A stretch of DNA of 64,000 bases, taken from an uncultured Candidatus Saccharibacteria bacterium. GTDB lineage: Bacteria > Patescibacteriota > Minisyncoccia > CAIUEV01 > JAHKAQ01. Position numbers and translations under genes: made by a program. Shown piece by piece: positions 20,304 through 28,037 of the stretch (positions within the stretch are counted from its first letter, which is position 1; every line of letters begins with the position of its first letter). Below the pieces are notes generated by a model. It searched no databases, was not told where the DNA came from, and was given only the letters and a program-made list of their open reading frames with translations. The stretch covers positions 17,046-81,045 of the forward strand of contig CAZRBB010000003.1 in NCBI GenBank assembly GCA_964598205.1, read 5' to 3'.

Positions 20304-20624
20304 AAAACAAAAAGCGGGGGCAGTGTTCCCCCGTTTATATTACTTTAGAGGGGACTGCCGCCCGCCGAGCTCGTTATTAGAAGGTCGTTGCCAGTCTTTT
20401 TTTGTAGGGTGACAAACCACAAAAAGACATAATCCAATAACGAGTTTGGGAACTTTCGTTCCTTTGTTTTTACCAAGCGTTTTTTAAGTTAGCTTCTTTT
20501 TTGTTTTTGTTTTCTTTCTTCTTTCTTCTTTTTTGTTTTTGTTTTATATTTACGCTCAGCAAAAACCTTTTAAGAAATTTTCCCAAAAGACTTTTCCCGA
20601 ACTTGTTCGTCAAATCATTGCCCC
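20304..20624 (-). ncRNA. Candidate structured non-coding RNA of unknown family
   Basis: Upstream promoter, several stems whose G-U pairs work only on the minus strand, GAAA tetraloop hairpin, terminal GC-rich hairpin plus U-tract. Confidence 0.55.
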
Positions 20625-20627
20625 TAT

Positions 20628-20656
20628 AGTATAACACATAAATCATAAAATATCAA
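20628..20656 (-). promoter_or_regulatory. Sigma70-type promoter
   Basis: TTGATA-17 nt-TATACT with TG extended -10. Confidence 0.7.
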
Positions 20657-20665
20657 TCCTCTAAA

Positions 20666-21985
20666 ATGACGATGAGTATCCAGAAAATAAGCAGCTTTTT
20701 GTTTTATTGTGTTGTGTTCTTAGGGATGTATCAGTTTCGCCTCTTTTTTAGGCCAGAATTTTCTTTTGTTGGAAATTTTTTTGTTGAATATAACGGTTTT
20801 TCCATTTCTTTGGCCGAGATTGTTTTATTTGTTTTGGCATTATTGAATCATGCTTTCATATTATCAAAGATTAATCTTGTTTTGTCAAATAAATATCCCT
20901 GGCTCTTCCTTGTTCTTTTTTCTTTAAATATAGCCTGTTCAGAGAATCCAATCCTCTCTTTGTATAAATTTTTCCACCTTTCCTTGTGGTTCTGGTTCTT
21001 CTTTTTTGGAATAACTAAAATGAATACCAAAAAGAAGATGAGAATAATTATGATCGTTTTCTTTCTTTCAATATTACTGCAATCCTTTATCGGCATTGTT
21101 CAGTACGCAAATCAGGAATCCATTGGTTTTAAGTACTTGGGAGAAAGTGTTATAAACAAAGACACTCTTAGAGTAGCTAAGATAGACACTTCCAGCGGAA
21201 AAATAATAAGGGCTTATGGAACTCAACCACATCCAAATGTTCTTTCTGGTTTGCTGGGACTAGCCATTATTTTGGGGATAACCCTACTAAATACAGGGGA
21301 TTCCTCTAAATTGTTCCACGTGGAACAATTTAGAGGAATCCTTATTGTAGTTCTTTTTTTGATCACGCTGGCAATATCTTTTTCTTTTTCCAAGATTAAT
21401 TTATTAATTTTGTTTTTACTGTTATTCGGGGGATTTATTTTTTCTAAGAAAAAAATAATTATGTTTTTTTTAATCGCTCTTTTATTGGGATCAATCTTTT
21501 TGGGAATAGAAAAAACAAAAAGCCATTTTAATCCAAGCTCTAAAACATTTAAGGAAAATATCTCTTTAAGAAAAAAATATAGCGACAATGCAATAAAAAT
21601 AATAAAACAAAATCCTTTTATAGGAACAGGATTGGGTGGCTTTTGCTTAGAAGGTTCCTTTTTAAAGGAAAACTATCTAACGCCATGGTATATCCAGCCT
21701 GTTCATAATATTTATCTTTTGATTTTTAGTGAATCGGGAATCTTTATTTTTTTATTTTTTATTTTTTATTTTTTTAAAAAAATAAAATCTTTTTTTATTT
21801 TAAATTCAAATAGTAAATTATTTTTTATTAATTATTTAATTTTGTTTTTATTATTTTCTGGTATATTTGATCACTATTTATACACTTTGAGCCAAGGAAA
21901 TTTCATTTTTTCCTTTGGCTTGATCGCATTTTTTAATTTGAGCAAATTGTTCCACGTGGAACAATTTGCTCAAATTAAAAAATAA
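20666..21985 (+). CDS. O-antigen ligase / Wzy_C family membrane protein
   Basis: Multi-TM, RAYGTQPHPN, GTGLGGF, PVHNIYLLIFSESG. Confidence 0.85.
   Translation: MTMSIQKISSFLFYCVVFLGMYQFRLFFRPEFSFVGNFFVEYNGFSISLAEIVLFVLALLNHAFILSKINLVLSNKYPWLFLVLFSLNIACSENPILSLYKFFHLSLWFWFFFFGITKMNTKKKMRIIMIVFFLSILLQSFIGIVQYANQESIGFKYLGESVINKDTLRVAKIDTSSGKIIRAYGTQPHPNVLSGLLGLAIILGITLLNTGDSSKLFHVEQFRGILIVVLFLITLAISFSFSKINLLILFLLLFGGFIFSKKKIIMFFLIALLLGSIFLGIEKTKSHFNPSSKTFKENISLRKKYSDNAIKIIKQNPFIGTGLGGFCLEGSFLKENYLTPWYIQPVHNIYLLIFSESGIFIFLFFIFYFFKKIKSFFILNSNSKLFFINYLILFLLFSGIFDHYLYTLSQGNFIFSFGLIAFFNLSKLFHVEQFAQIKK
21312..21327. promoter_or_regulatory. parS site 1
   Basis: TGTTCCACGTGGAACA matches the Spo0J/ParB consensus TGTTNCACGTGAAACA. 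Confidence 0.9.
21948..21963. promoter_or_regulatory. parS site 2
   Basis: Second identical TGTTCCACGTGGAACA. Confidence 0.9.
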
Positions 21986-21991
21986 CCAGAT

Positions 21992-22357
21992 ATGAATCAA
22001 CGGAAAATACGAGGGAACAGAGGAGAAGACATTGCTTGTTATTATTTGACAAGAAAAGGATTTAATGTTGTTGCCAGAAACTACTCGGTTTCCTTTGGAG
22101 AAATCGACTTAATTGCAAAAAAGGGAAATCTTTTGGTTTTTGTAGAAGTAAAGTGCCGAAAACAGCAAATAAACAAGGACTCTGAAAATCCCGAATCTTC
22201 TATAAATGCTAACAAAATAAGGAAGATAAAGAAAACAGCTTCTTTTTTTATTAAGCAACAAGGATTGGATCCTGATGGAAATTATCGTTTTGATGCTATC
22301 TCTATTATAATAGGAAACAAAGTAATTTCTTTAAAACACATTCTTTATGCTTTTTAG
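21992..22357 (+). CDS. yraN: YraN family endonuclease-like protein
   Basis: GEDIACYYL, GEIDLIA, LVFVEVK, RFDAI. Confidence 0.92.
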   Translation: MNQRKIRGNRGEDIACYYLTRKGFNVVARNYSVSFGEIDLIAKKGNLLVFVEVKCRKQQINKDSENPESSINANKIRKIKKTASFFIKQQGLDPDGNYRFDAISIIIGNKVISLKHILYAF

Positions 22358-23675
22358 GTCTCAGGGAAAATTATCAAAAATTTATATTATCAGCGACACC
22401 CATATTGGAGGAGAAGGGGGATTAAACTCTTTTGAAGCAGAAAGTGAGTTGATTGCATTTTTAAAAGAGATTTCTAAGGAAAAAAAAGCTGGCGAAACCA
22501 AAGAGCTAATCCTTGCCGGCGATTTTTTAAATTTATGGGAAATAGAATCAAGGAAAGAGCTAGAAAAGTTAAAATTCATTATAAAGACCCATAAAAAAAT
22601 ATTTTCCGCCTTTAGCGAGGCAGCCAAAAAGATTACCATTACAGCCATCCCTGGAAACCACGACCAAGAACTATCTTTTGTAAAAGGCTACAAAGAAGAG
22701 CTTGAAAAATGGGGAATATCCTTGATTTGTGAAGAATTTATTGTTCGTTTCTTGGGAGGAAAGAAAATAAGAATAGAACATGGTCATCGCTTTGATCCGT
22801 TTAATAAGATAGCCGACTTTAAAAATCCAGCATCAACTTCTTATGGCTATCATATTAGTAAGAACATTTTTCTTAAAATAGCTAGAGTAGCTAAGAAAAA
22901 TAAAAAAAATAATTTTTGGTTAAAGGATTTAATTTGTTTTCAGCCAATAAATCTTGGTTTTTCGTGGTTTTTCTCTAACTATTTTTACCGAGAACTGGCC
23001 CCTCTTTTAAGATATTTCGTTTCTTTTTTTCTTGTAATGACATCTTTTTCTTTGGTTTTGCTTCTGTGGGCTATTGGAACAAGACTGGGTATTGTAGCGG
23101 TACCAAGTGTTTTTTATTTTACCCATCTCTTGGGGCCAATAAGATATTTGGCAAATTTTATTATTATTTTAAGTTTTGTTTTTATTTTTTTTCTTTTGGG
23201 CTTTTATCTTATTTTCCGCCTAACAAGAAGGGATCTTTTAAAAAATCTTAAGGATTATGGAATCACATCGACAGGAATTTGGGCGGAAAAAAGAGAGTCT
23301 AGTTACTATCAAAGAGTTAAGAGATTTCTAAACAAAAACTTGGACATTGATATTTTGGTTCTAGGACATAGCCATACTCCCAAAATTATGGAGCTTAAAA
23401 GCAGGGGAAAGATCTTTGTAGTGGCTGATTCCGGTTCTTGGCTTAAAGCCTTTCGACCTGTTAGGTCTTGGTTTCGCCTGCCAAATGTTTACTTGTCCTT
23501 TTTTGATCTTTCTTATTTAGAAATCAAAAAACAAAAAGGTAGTGTCGCAATTTTTCTTAAATTCAAGTCCAAAATGGCAAAAACTTCTTTGACTTTCTTG
23601 GAGAAATTTTCGATCATGTTTAAAAACAGGGATCAAAAAACTACAAACCAAGCCTTCTTTATTAAAAAACAATGA
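22347..23675 (+). CDS. Metallophosphoesterase with inserted two-TM segment
   Basis: SDTHIG, GDFL, GNHD, EHGH, GHSH; hydrophobic insert before the last motif. Confidence 0.85.
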   Translation: MLFRSQGKLSKIYIISDTHIGGEGGLNSFEAESELIAFLKEISKEKKAGETKELILAGDFLNLWEIESRKELEKLKFIIKTHKKIFSAFSEAAKKITITAIPGNHDQELSFVKGYKEELEKWGISLICEEFIVRFLGGKKIRIEHGHRFDPFNKIADFKNPASTSYGYHISKNIFLKIARVAKKNKKNNFWLKDLICFQPINLGFSWFFSNYFYRELAPLLRYFVSFFLVMTSFSLVLLLWAIGTRLGIVAVPSVFYFTHLLGPIRYLANFIIILSFVFIFFLLGFYLIFRLTRRDLLKNLKDYGITSTGIWAEKRESSYYQRVKRFLNKNLDIDILVLGHSHTPKIMELKSRGKIFVVADSGSWLKAFRPVRSWFRLPNVYLSFFDLSYLEIKKQKGSVAIFLKFKSKMAKTSLTFLEKFSIMFKNRDQKTTNQAFFIKKQ

Positions 23676-25105
23676 GCATTGCCTTGCCCAAGGAGGTAAA
23701 AAAAATTGCAGAAGTATTAAGGGAAAATAAATACCAAGTATTTTTGGTTGGTGGTTGCGTAAGAGACATTCTTTTAAACAAGAAGCCCAAAGATTGGGAT
23801 TTGACTACAGAGGCTTTGCCAGAAGATATTCAGCGCCTTTTCCCAGAAAGTTTTTACACAAACAACTTTGGAACAGTGGGAATTAAAAGCGAAGATCAAA
23901 AAATAGGAATAATAGAAGTAACAACATTCAGAAAGGAAGGAGAGTATTTTGACCGACGACGCCCGAATCAAGTTTTTTTTGTTAAAAACATAGAAGAAGA
24001 TCTTGGAAGAAGAGACTTTACTATCAATGCGATGGCTCTTGATCCCTTTTTGCACAGAATCGTTGATCCTTTCTGTGGAAAAGTTGATTTAAAAAACAAA
24101 TTAATAAGAGCGGTGGGAAATCCTTCTGATAGGTTTAGGGAAGATGCCTTGCGTTTACTAAGGGGTGTTCGTTTTTCTGCTCAACTTGATTTTAAAATAG
24201 AACCATTAACTTTTAGGGCACTTAAAAAAGAAGCACAGTTAATAAAAGAAATTTCCGAAGAAAGAATTGGAGAAGAGTTTAAGAAAATAGTTCTATCTCC
24301 TAAGCCAAGTCAAGGGGTTGAGCTTTTGGAACAGGCAGGCATTCTTTGCCTTATTATTCCGGAACTAGCAGGCACTATTGGCGTAAAGCAAAACCGACAC
24401 CATGTTTACACAGTTTATGAACATCTTCTTAAGTCCCTGGAGTTTTGTCCTAGCACTAAGCTTTCTGTAAGATTAGCGGCTCTTTTCCATGACATTGCCA
24501 AACCTCAGGTAAAAAGAGGCGAGGGAGAGCTGAGTACTTTCTACAACCACGATCTTTTGGGAGCAAGGATGGTAGAAAAAGTATTGGAAAGATTAAAGTT
24601 TTCTCAAAAAATAATTAAAAAAACATCCCTTTTGGTTAAAAATCACATGTTTTACTATGAAGCGGAGACAGTGACTCCGGCCAGCGTGCGAAGATTAATT
24701 AGAAAAACAGGCAAAGAAAATATAAAGGATCTTTTGGATTTGCGAATTGCCGACAGGTTGGGAAGCGGTTGTCCTAAGGCAAAACCTTATAAGTTAAGGC
24801 ACTTGGAATATTTGGTAGAAAAAGTTTCTAATGATCCTATTAATGTTGGGATGCTAAAAATAAACGGGAACGATTTGTTTTTGGCAGGGGTGGAAAAAGG
24901 TCCTAAAATGGGAGCAATCCTTGATGTTCTTTTGTCAAGAGTCCTAGAAGATCCTCTTTTAAATAAAAAAGGAGTCCTGGCCAAGGAGGCACAAAAATTA
25001 AACAACCTTGACCTAGAAGAATTAAAAACAAAAAGCCGAGAAAAAATAAAAGAGAAAAAAATGGAGGAAGATCGGATACTAAAAGATAAACATTGGGTTA
25101 AATAA
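23672..25105 (+). CDS. cca: CCA tRNA nucleotidyltransferase with HD domain
   Basis: VGGCVRD, DWD, RRDFTINAMA, EDALRLLR, FHDIAKP. Confidence 0.9.
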   Translation: MSIALPKEVKKIAEVLRENKYQVFLVGGCVRDILLNKKPKDWDLTTEALPEDIQRLFPESFYTNNFGTVGIKSEDQKIGIIEVTTFRKEGEYFDRRRPNQVFFVKNIEEDLGRRDFTINAMALDPFLHRIVDPFCGKVDLKNKLIRAVGNPSDRFREDALRLLRGVRFSAQLDFKIEPLTFRALKKEAQLIKEISEERIGEEFKKIVLSPKPSQGVELLEQAGILCLIIPELAGTIGVKQNRHHVYTVYEHLLKSLEFCPSTKLSVRLAALFHDIAKPQVKRGEGELSTFYNHDLLGARMVEKVLERLKFSQKIIKKTSLLVKNHMFYYEAETVTPASVRRLIRKTGKENIKDLLDLRIADRLGSGCPKAKPYKLRHLEYLVEKVSNDPINVGMLKINGNDLFLAGVEKGPKMGAILDVLLSRVLEDPLLNKKGVLAKEAQKLNNLDLEELKTKSREKIKEKKMEEDRILKDKHWVK

Positions 25106-25160
25106 TCGGAAGTTAGTTTGCCAAAAAAAATAGAAATGTAATAATTCTTTTTGAAGAAAT

Positions 25161-25237
25161 GCGAGAGTAGTTCAGTTGGCTAGAACGTCTCCTTGCCAAG
25201 GAGAAGGTCGCGGGTTCGAATCCCGTCTCTCGCTCCA
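25161..25237 (+). tRNA. tRNA-Gly(GCC)
   Basis: Acceptor gcgagag/ctctcgc, anticodon arm tctcc-ttGCCaa-ggaga, ggttcgaatcc, CCA. Confidence 0.97.
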
Positions 25238-25249
25238 CTTTATATAAAC

Positions 25250-26089
25250 ATGGATCAATCTCAAATAGAGGCAGTCTTAAGAGAGTTGGGAGCTGCTTCT
25301 TTAAAAAAGGAGGGGCAAAATTTTCTTGTTTCTGTATCAGTTTTAAATAAAATCATAGAAACAGCCGATCTTTCTGGATCGGATTCTGTTTTAGAAATCG
25401 GTTCTGGACTGGGAGTGCTAACAGAAGTCTTAACTGCTTCTTCCCAGAAGGTAGTTGCAATAGAAAAGGATTCTAAGTTTAGCGCTTATTTAAAAAATAA
25501 ATTCCGGCAAAAAAAGAATTTTCTTTTGCTTAATCGGGATTTTTTAAAAATCAACCTGCCTCTTTTAATTCAAAATGATTTTTTAGAAGGATATAAGGTT
25601 GTTGCTAATATTCCCTACAACATTAGTTCTTTAATTTTAAAAAGTCTGCTAGAATTGGGGAATAAGCCAAGTTTAATTGTTCTTTTGGTTCAAAGGGAAG
25701 TGGCCCAAAGAGTCTGTGCCAAGCCACCACACGCCAACCCGTTAAGTCTTTTTGTTCAAATGTCTGGAGTAGCCGAAATAGTAGAGATTGTTCCTGCGAA
25801 TTGTTTTTTCCCTGAACCAAAGGTGGCCTCCGCCATTTTAAAAATAAAGACAAAGCAGTCCTTAAAAATTTTTGCCACTAGCGAATTAGGGATTTTAAAA
25901 AAGGTGATTAAGGTTGGATTTTCTTCACCCAGGAAAACTTTGGTTAATAATTTAGTGGCTGGTTTTAAAATAGGAAAAGAAGAATTGGAAGGTGCGGGGA
26001 TTTTGCTAGAAAAGAAAAGACCGCAAGAATTATCCTTAAAAGACTGGAGGGAGTTAACAAAAAAGCTATCCAGGCTGAAACATTTCTAG
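25250..26089 (+). CDS. rsmA: 16S rRNA dimethyladenosine transferase
   Basis: GQNFL, LEIGSGLG, VANIPYNIS, FFPEPKV; start moved to ATG 25250 because the track start lies inside tRNA-Gly. Confidence 0.95.
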   Translation: MDQSQIEAVLRELGAASLKKEGQNFLVSVSVLNKIIETADLSGSDSVLEIGSGLGVLTEVLTASSQKVVAIEKDSKFSAYLKNKFRQKKNFLLLNRDFLKINLPLLIQNDFLEGYKVVANIPYNISSLILKSLLELGNKPSLIVLLVQREVAQRVCAKPPHANPLSLFVQMSGVAEIVEIVPANCFFPEPKVASAILKIKTKQSLKIFATSELGILKKVIKVGFSSPRKTLVNNLVAGFKIGKEELEGAGILLEKKRPQELSLKDWRELTKKLSRLKHF

Positions 26090-26101
26090 AAAAAGAAGAA
26101 C

Positions 26102-26473
26102 ATGGGTAATACAAAAAACAAAAAAGGAGAGAAAGAGAAGGATTATAATTCTCTTGTTTTTATAGCGGCTTTGTTGCCAGCAATTGTGGCCGATCTTTGC
26201 GACATGATTCCTGTTCCCGTTTTAGACATTGTTCTTTCTGGATATTTTAAGCTGATAGTAGCTGTGATTCTGTGGCTTGAAATGGGAGGCAAGGACAAGA
26301 AAATGGCTCAAGCCGCCTCTAAAATAGTTCTTCCCTTGGTCCTTGATAGCTTGGCCGCCTTAATTCCGATTGTCGATGTGCTTACTCCAGGAACGGTTCT
26401 TTTGGTTCTATTTTCTTGGTTCTATGCAGCTAAACCAAAAATAGTTACCGCTATTATAAAAACTAATGATTAA
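26102..26473 (+). CDS. Small membrane protein, unknown function
   Basis: 123 aa, hydrophobic with two D-x-IP helix-break motifs. Confidence 0.7.
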   Translation: MGNTKNKKGEKEKDYNSLVFIAALLPAIVADLCDMIPVPVLDIVLSGYFKLIVAVILWLEMGGKDKKMAQAASKIVLPLVLDSLAALIPIVDVLTPGTVLLVLFSWFYAAKPKIVTAIIKTND

Positions 26474-26478
26474 AAAAT

Positions 26479-27993
26479 ATGCTTAAGCAAAAAAAACAAA
26501 AAAGCAAGAAGCAACATCCATTAAAAAGAAAACTTTATCTGCTTTATTTCCTTGTCTTAGTTGTTGTTTTGGGATTAGGGTTTAAAAATATTTCCGAAAC
26601 CACTCGTTATGCCAAAAATAAACTCTGGGAATCGGCTAAATCCGAAGAAACGGCCCAACAACAAACCAACACCGACGCTCAGATTGAGGTGGGTCAAGAG
26701 ACTTCTTCTGGAGGTTCTATTCTTCGATCTAACGATGAGTGCACTAATGGTCGAATTTTTGTGGGTACGCTTTGTAAATGCATTGGAGACAAGGTTTATG
26801 TTTCTTCCCCTGGAGTAATTATGCCACAATCGGTGGGATCGAACCTGATCGGCGATGCACCATTACCGCAAAGCGATTCTAATAAATGGCGAATGTGGTA
26901 TGGAGGAATGGATGGTGCTAGTTGGCGAATTTACCACGCTAATTCTGAAGACGCACTAACTTGGCACAAAAAAAATAACACTATCCCAGAAGATTCTGCC
27001 TTTACAGGAACAGATGGGAGAATCCCAAGATCGCCAATTCCTTATATGGATAGTACACATGTTCATGATCCTTGGGTTCTGAAAGAAAGAATGGTGACCT
27101 GTAGCGGAGAAATAGAAACAACAAAGTTTAAAATGTGGTATTCCGGCTACATTAATGATTCTGCCGAGCTGGCCGCTTGGAGAATTTTTAGGGCCGATTC
27201 AGACGATGGCTTTACCTGGACCAAACAAAGATTAAACTTAGACATAAGCGACCTAAACGGTGAATATGATTGGTGGGATCCAACTAATCCAAAAAGAGGA
27301 GATAATAGAAAAAAGATTTCGGGTTGCGTTGATGTGGTGCATGTAAGAGAGCCATCGGTAGTTTTGGATATTAACAAAATTTGCATAAAAAGACCTCCTT
27401 GCTGTGTTGAAGCAAATAGAACTTACCATATGTGGTACGCCGGAGAAGATGGCCACCCCTCTTGCAAAGAAGCTTCCCGAATTTACTACGCCTCTTCTCC
27501 TAGTGGAAACTGGTTAAGCTGGGTAAAGGCAGGCGTAGTTTTGGACATTGGTAAAAAGGGAGACGGCGACGATATTTATGTGGCCGATCCTTCGGTAATT
27601 TTAGAAAAAACCTATAATTCCACCGTTTGCGGAGATTACTGTGAAGAAAAAGACAGAACTTACCATATGTGGTACGCCGGCTATGGCGGAATGGGAAGTC
27701 CGGAAAAGGTTGCTTGGCGAATTTTTTACGCTACTTCTAAAGACGGCATTAGCTGGACAAAAAAAGGCATGGTGCTAGATATTGGCGCTATGGGAGATGG
27801 TGACTTTATAGATGTAACAGGGCCAATGGTGGTTTCCGAGAAATACCCGCCTAAAGAAAAAACACCGCCTTACCGAATGTGGTACGCCGGAAATAACGGT
27901 TCTACTTGGATTATTTATGAAGCAAAATCACAAGACGGGACTAGTTGGGAAAAAGTAGACAATTCCTTTCCTGTTACCGGTTCCCAAAACTAA
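26479..27993 (+). CDS. Membrane-anchored five-bladed beta-propeller protein (glycoside-hydrolase-like fold)
   Basis: N-terminal TM; five MWYxG...RI(F/Y)xAxSxDGxxW blades. Confidence 0.75.
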   Translation: MLKQKKQKSKKQHPLKRKLYLLYFLVLVVVLGLGFKNISETTRYAKNKLWESAKSEETAQQQTNTDAQIEVGQETSSGGSILRSNDECTNGRIFVGTLCKCIGDKVYVSSPGVIMPQSVGSNLIGDAPLPQSDSNKWRMWYGGMDGASWRIYHANSEDALTWHKKNNTIPEDSAFTGTDGRIPRSPIPYMDSTHVHDPWVLKERMVTCSGEIETTKFKMWYSGYINDSAELAAWRIFRADSDDGFTWTKQRLNLDISDLNGEYDWWDPTNPKRGDNRKKISGCVDVVHVREPSVVLDINKICIKRPPCCVEANRTYHMWYAGEDGHPSCKEASRIYYASSPSGNWLSWVKAGVVLDIGKKGDGDDIYVADPSVILEKTYNSTVCGDYCEEKDRTYHMWYAGYGGMGSPEKVAWRIFYATSKDGISWTKKGMVLDIGAMGDGDFIDVTGPMVVSEKYPPKEKTPPYRMWYAGNNGSTWIIYEAKSQDGTSWEKVDNSFPVTGSQN

Positions 27994-28037
27994 GAACTTG
28001 TTTTATAATGCAGTCGGACTTAAGCAAAAAATAAAAA

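Noticed and set aside
20304-20624. Assignment of the structured RNA as tmRNA, RNase P RNA or SRP RNA
   Set aside because: Lacks a GGTTCGA/CCA end, the GAGGAAAGTCC and ACAnAAnnnGGCTTA elements, and the SRP helix-8 motif
25193-25249. N-terminal extension of rsmA in the ORF track
   Set aside because: Overlaps tRNA-Gly; ATG 25250 is the sensible start
27418-27680. Direct repeats as a CRISPR array or DGR template/variable pair
   Set aside because: In-frame propeller blade duplications; no regular spacers, cas genes or reverse transcriptase in the window
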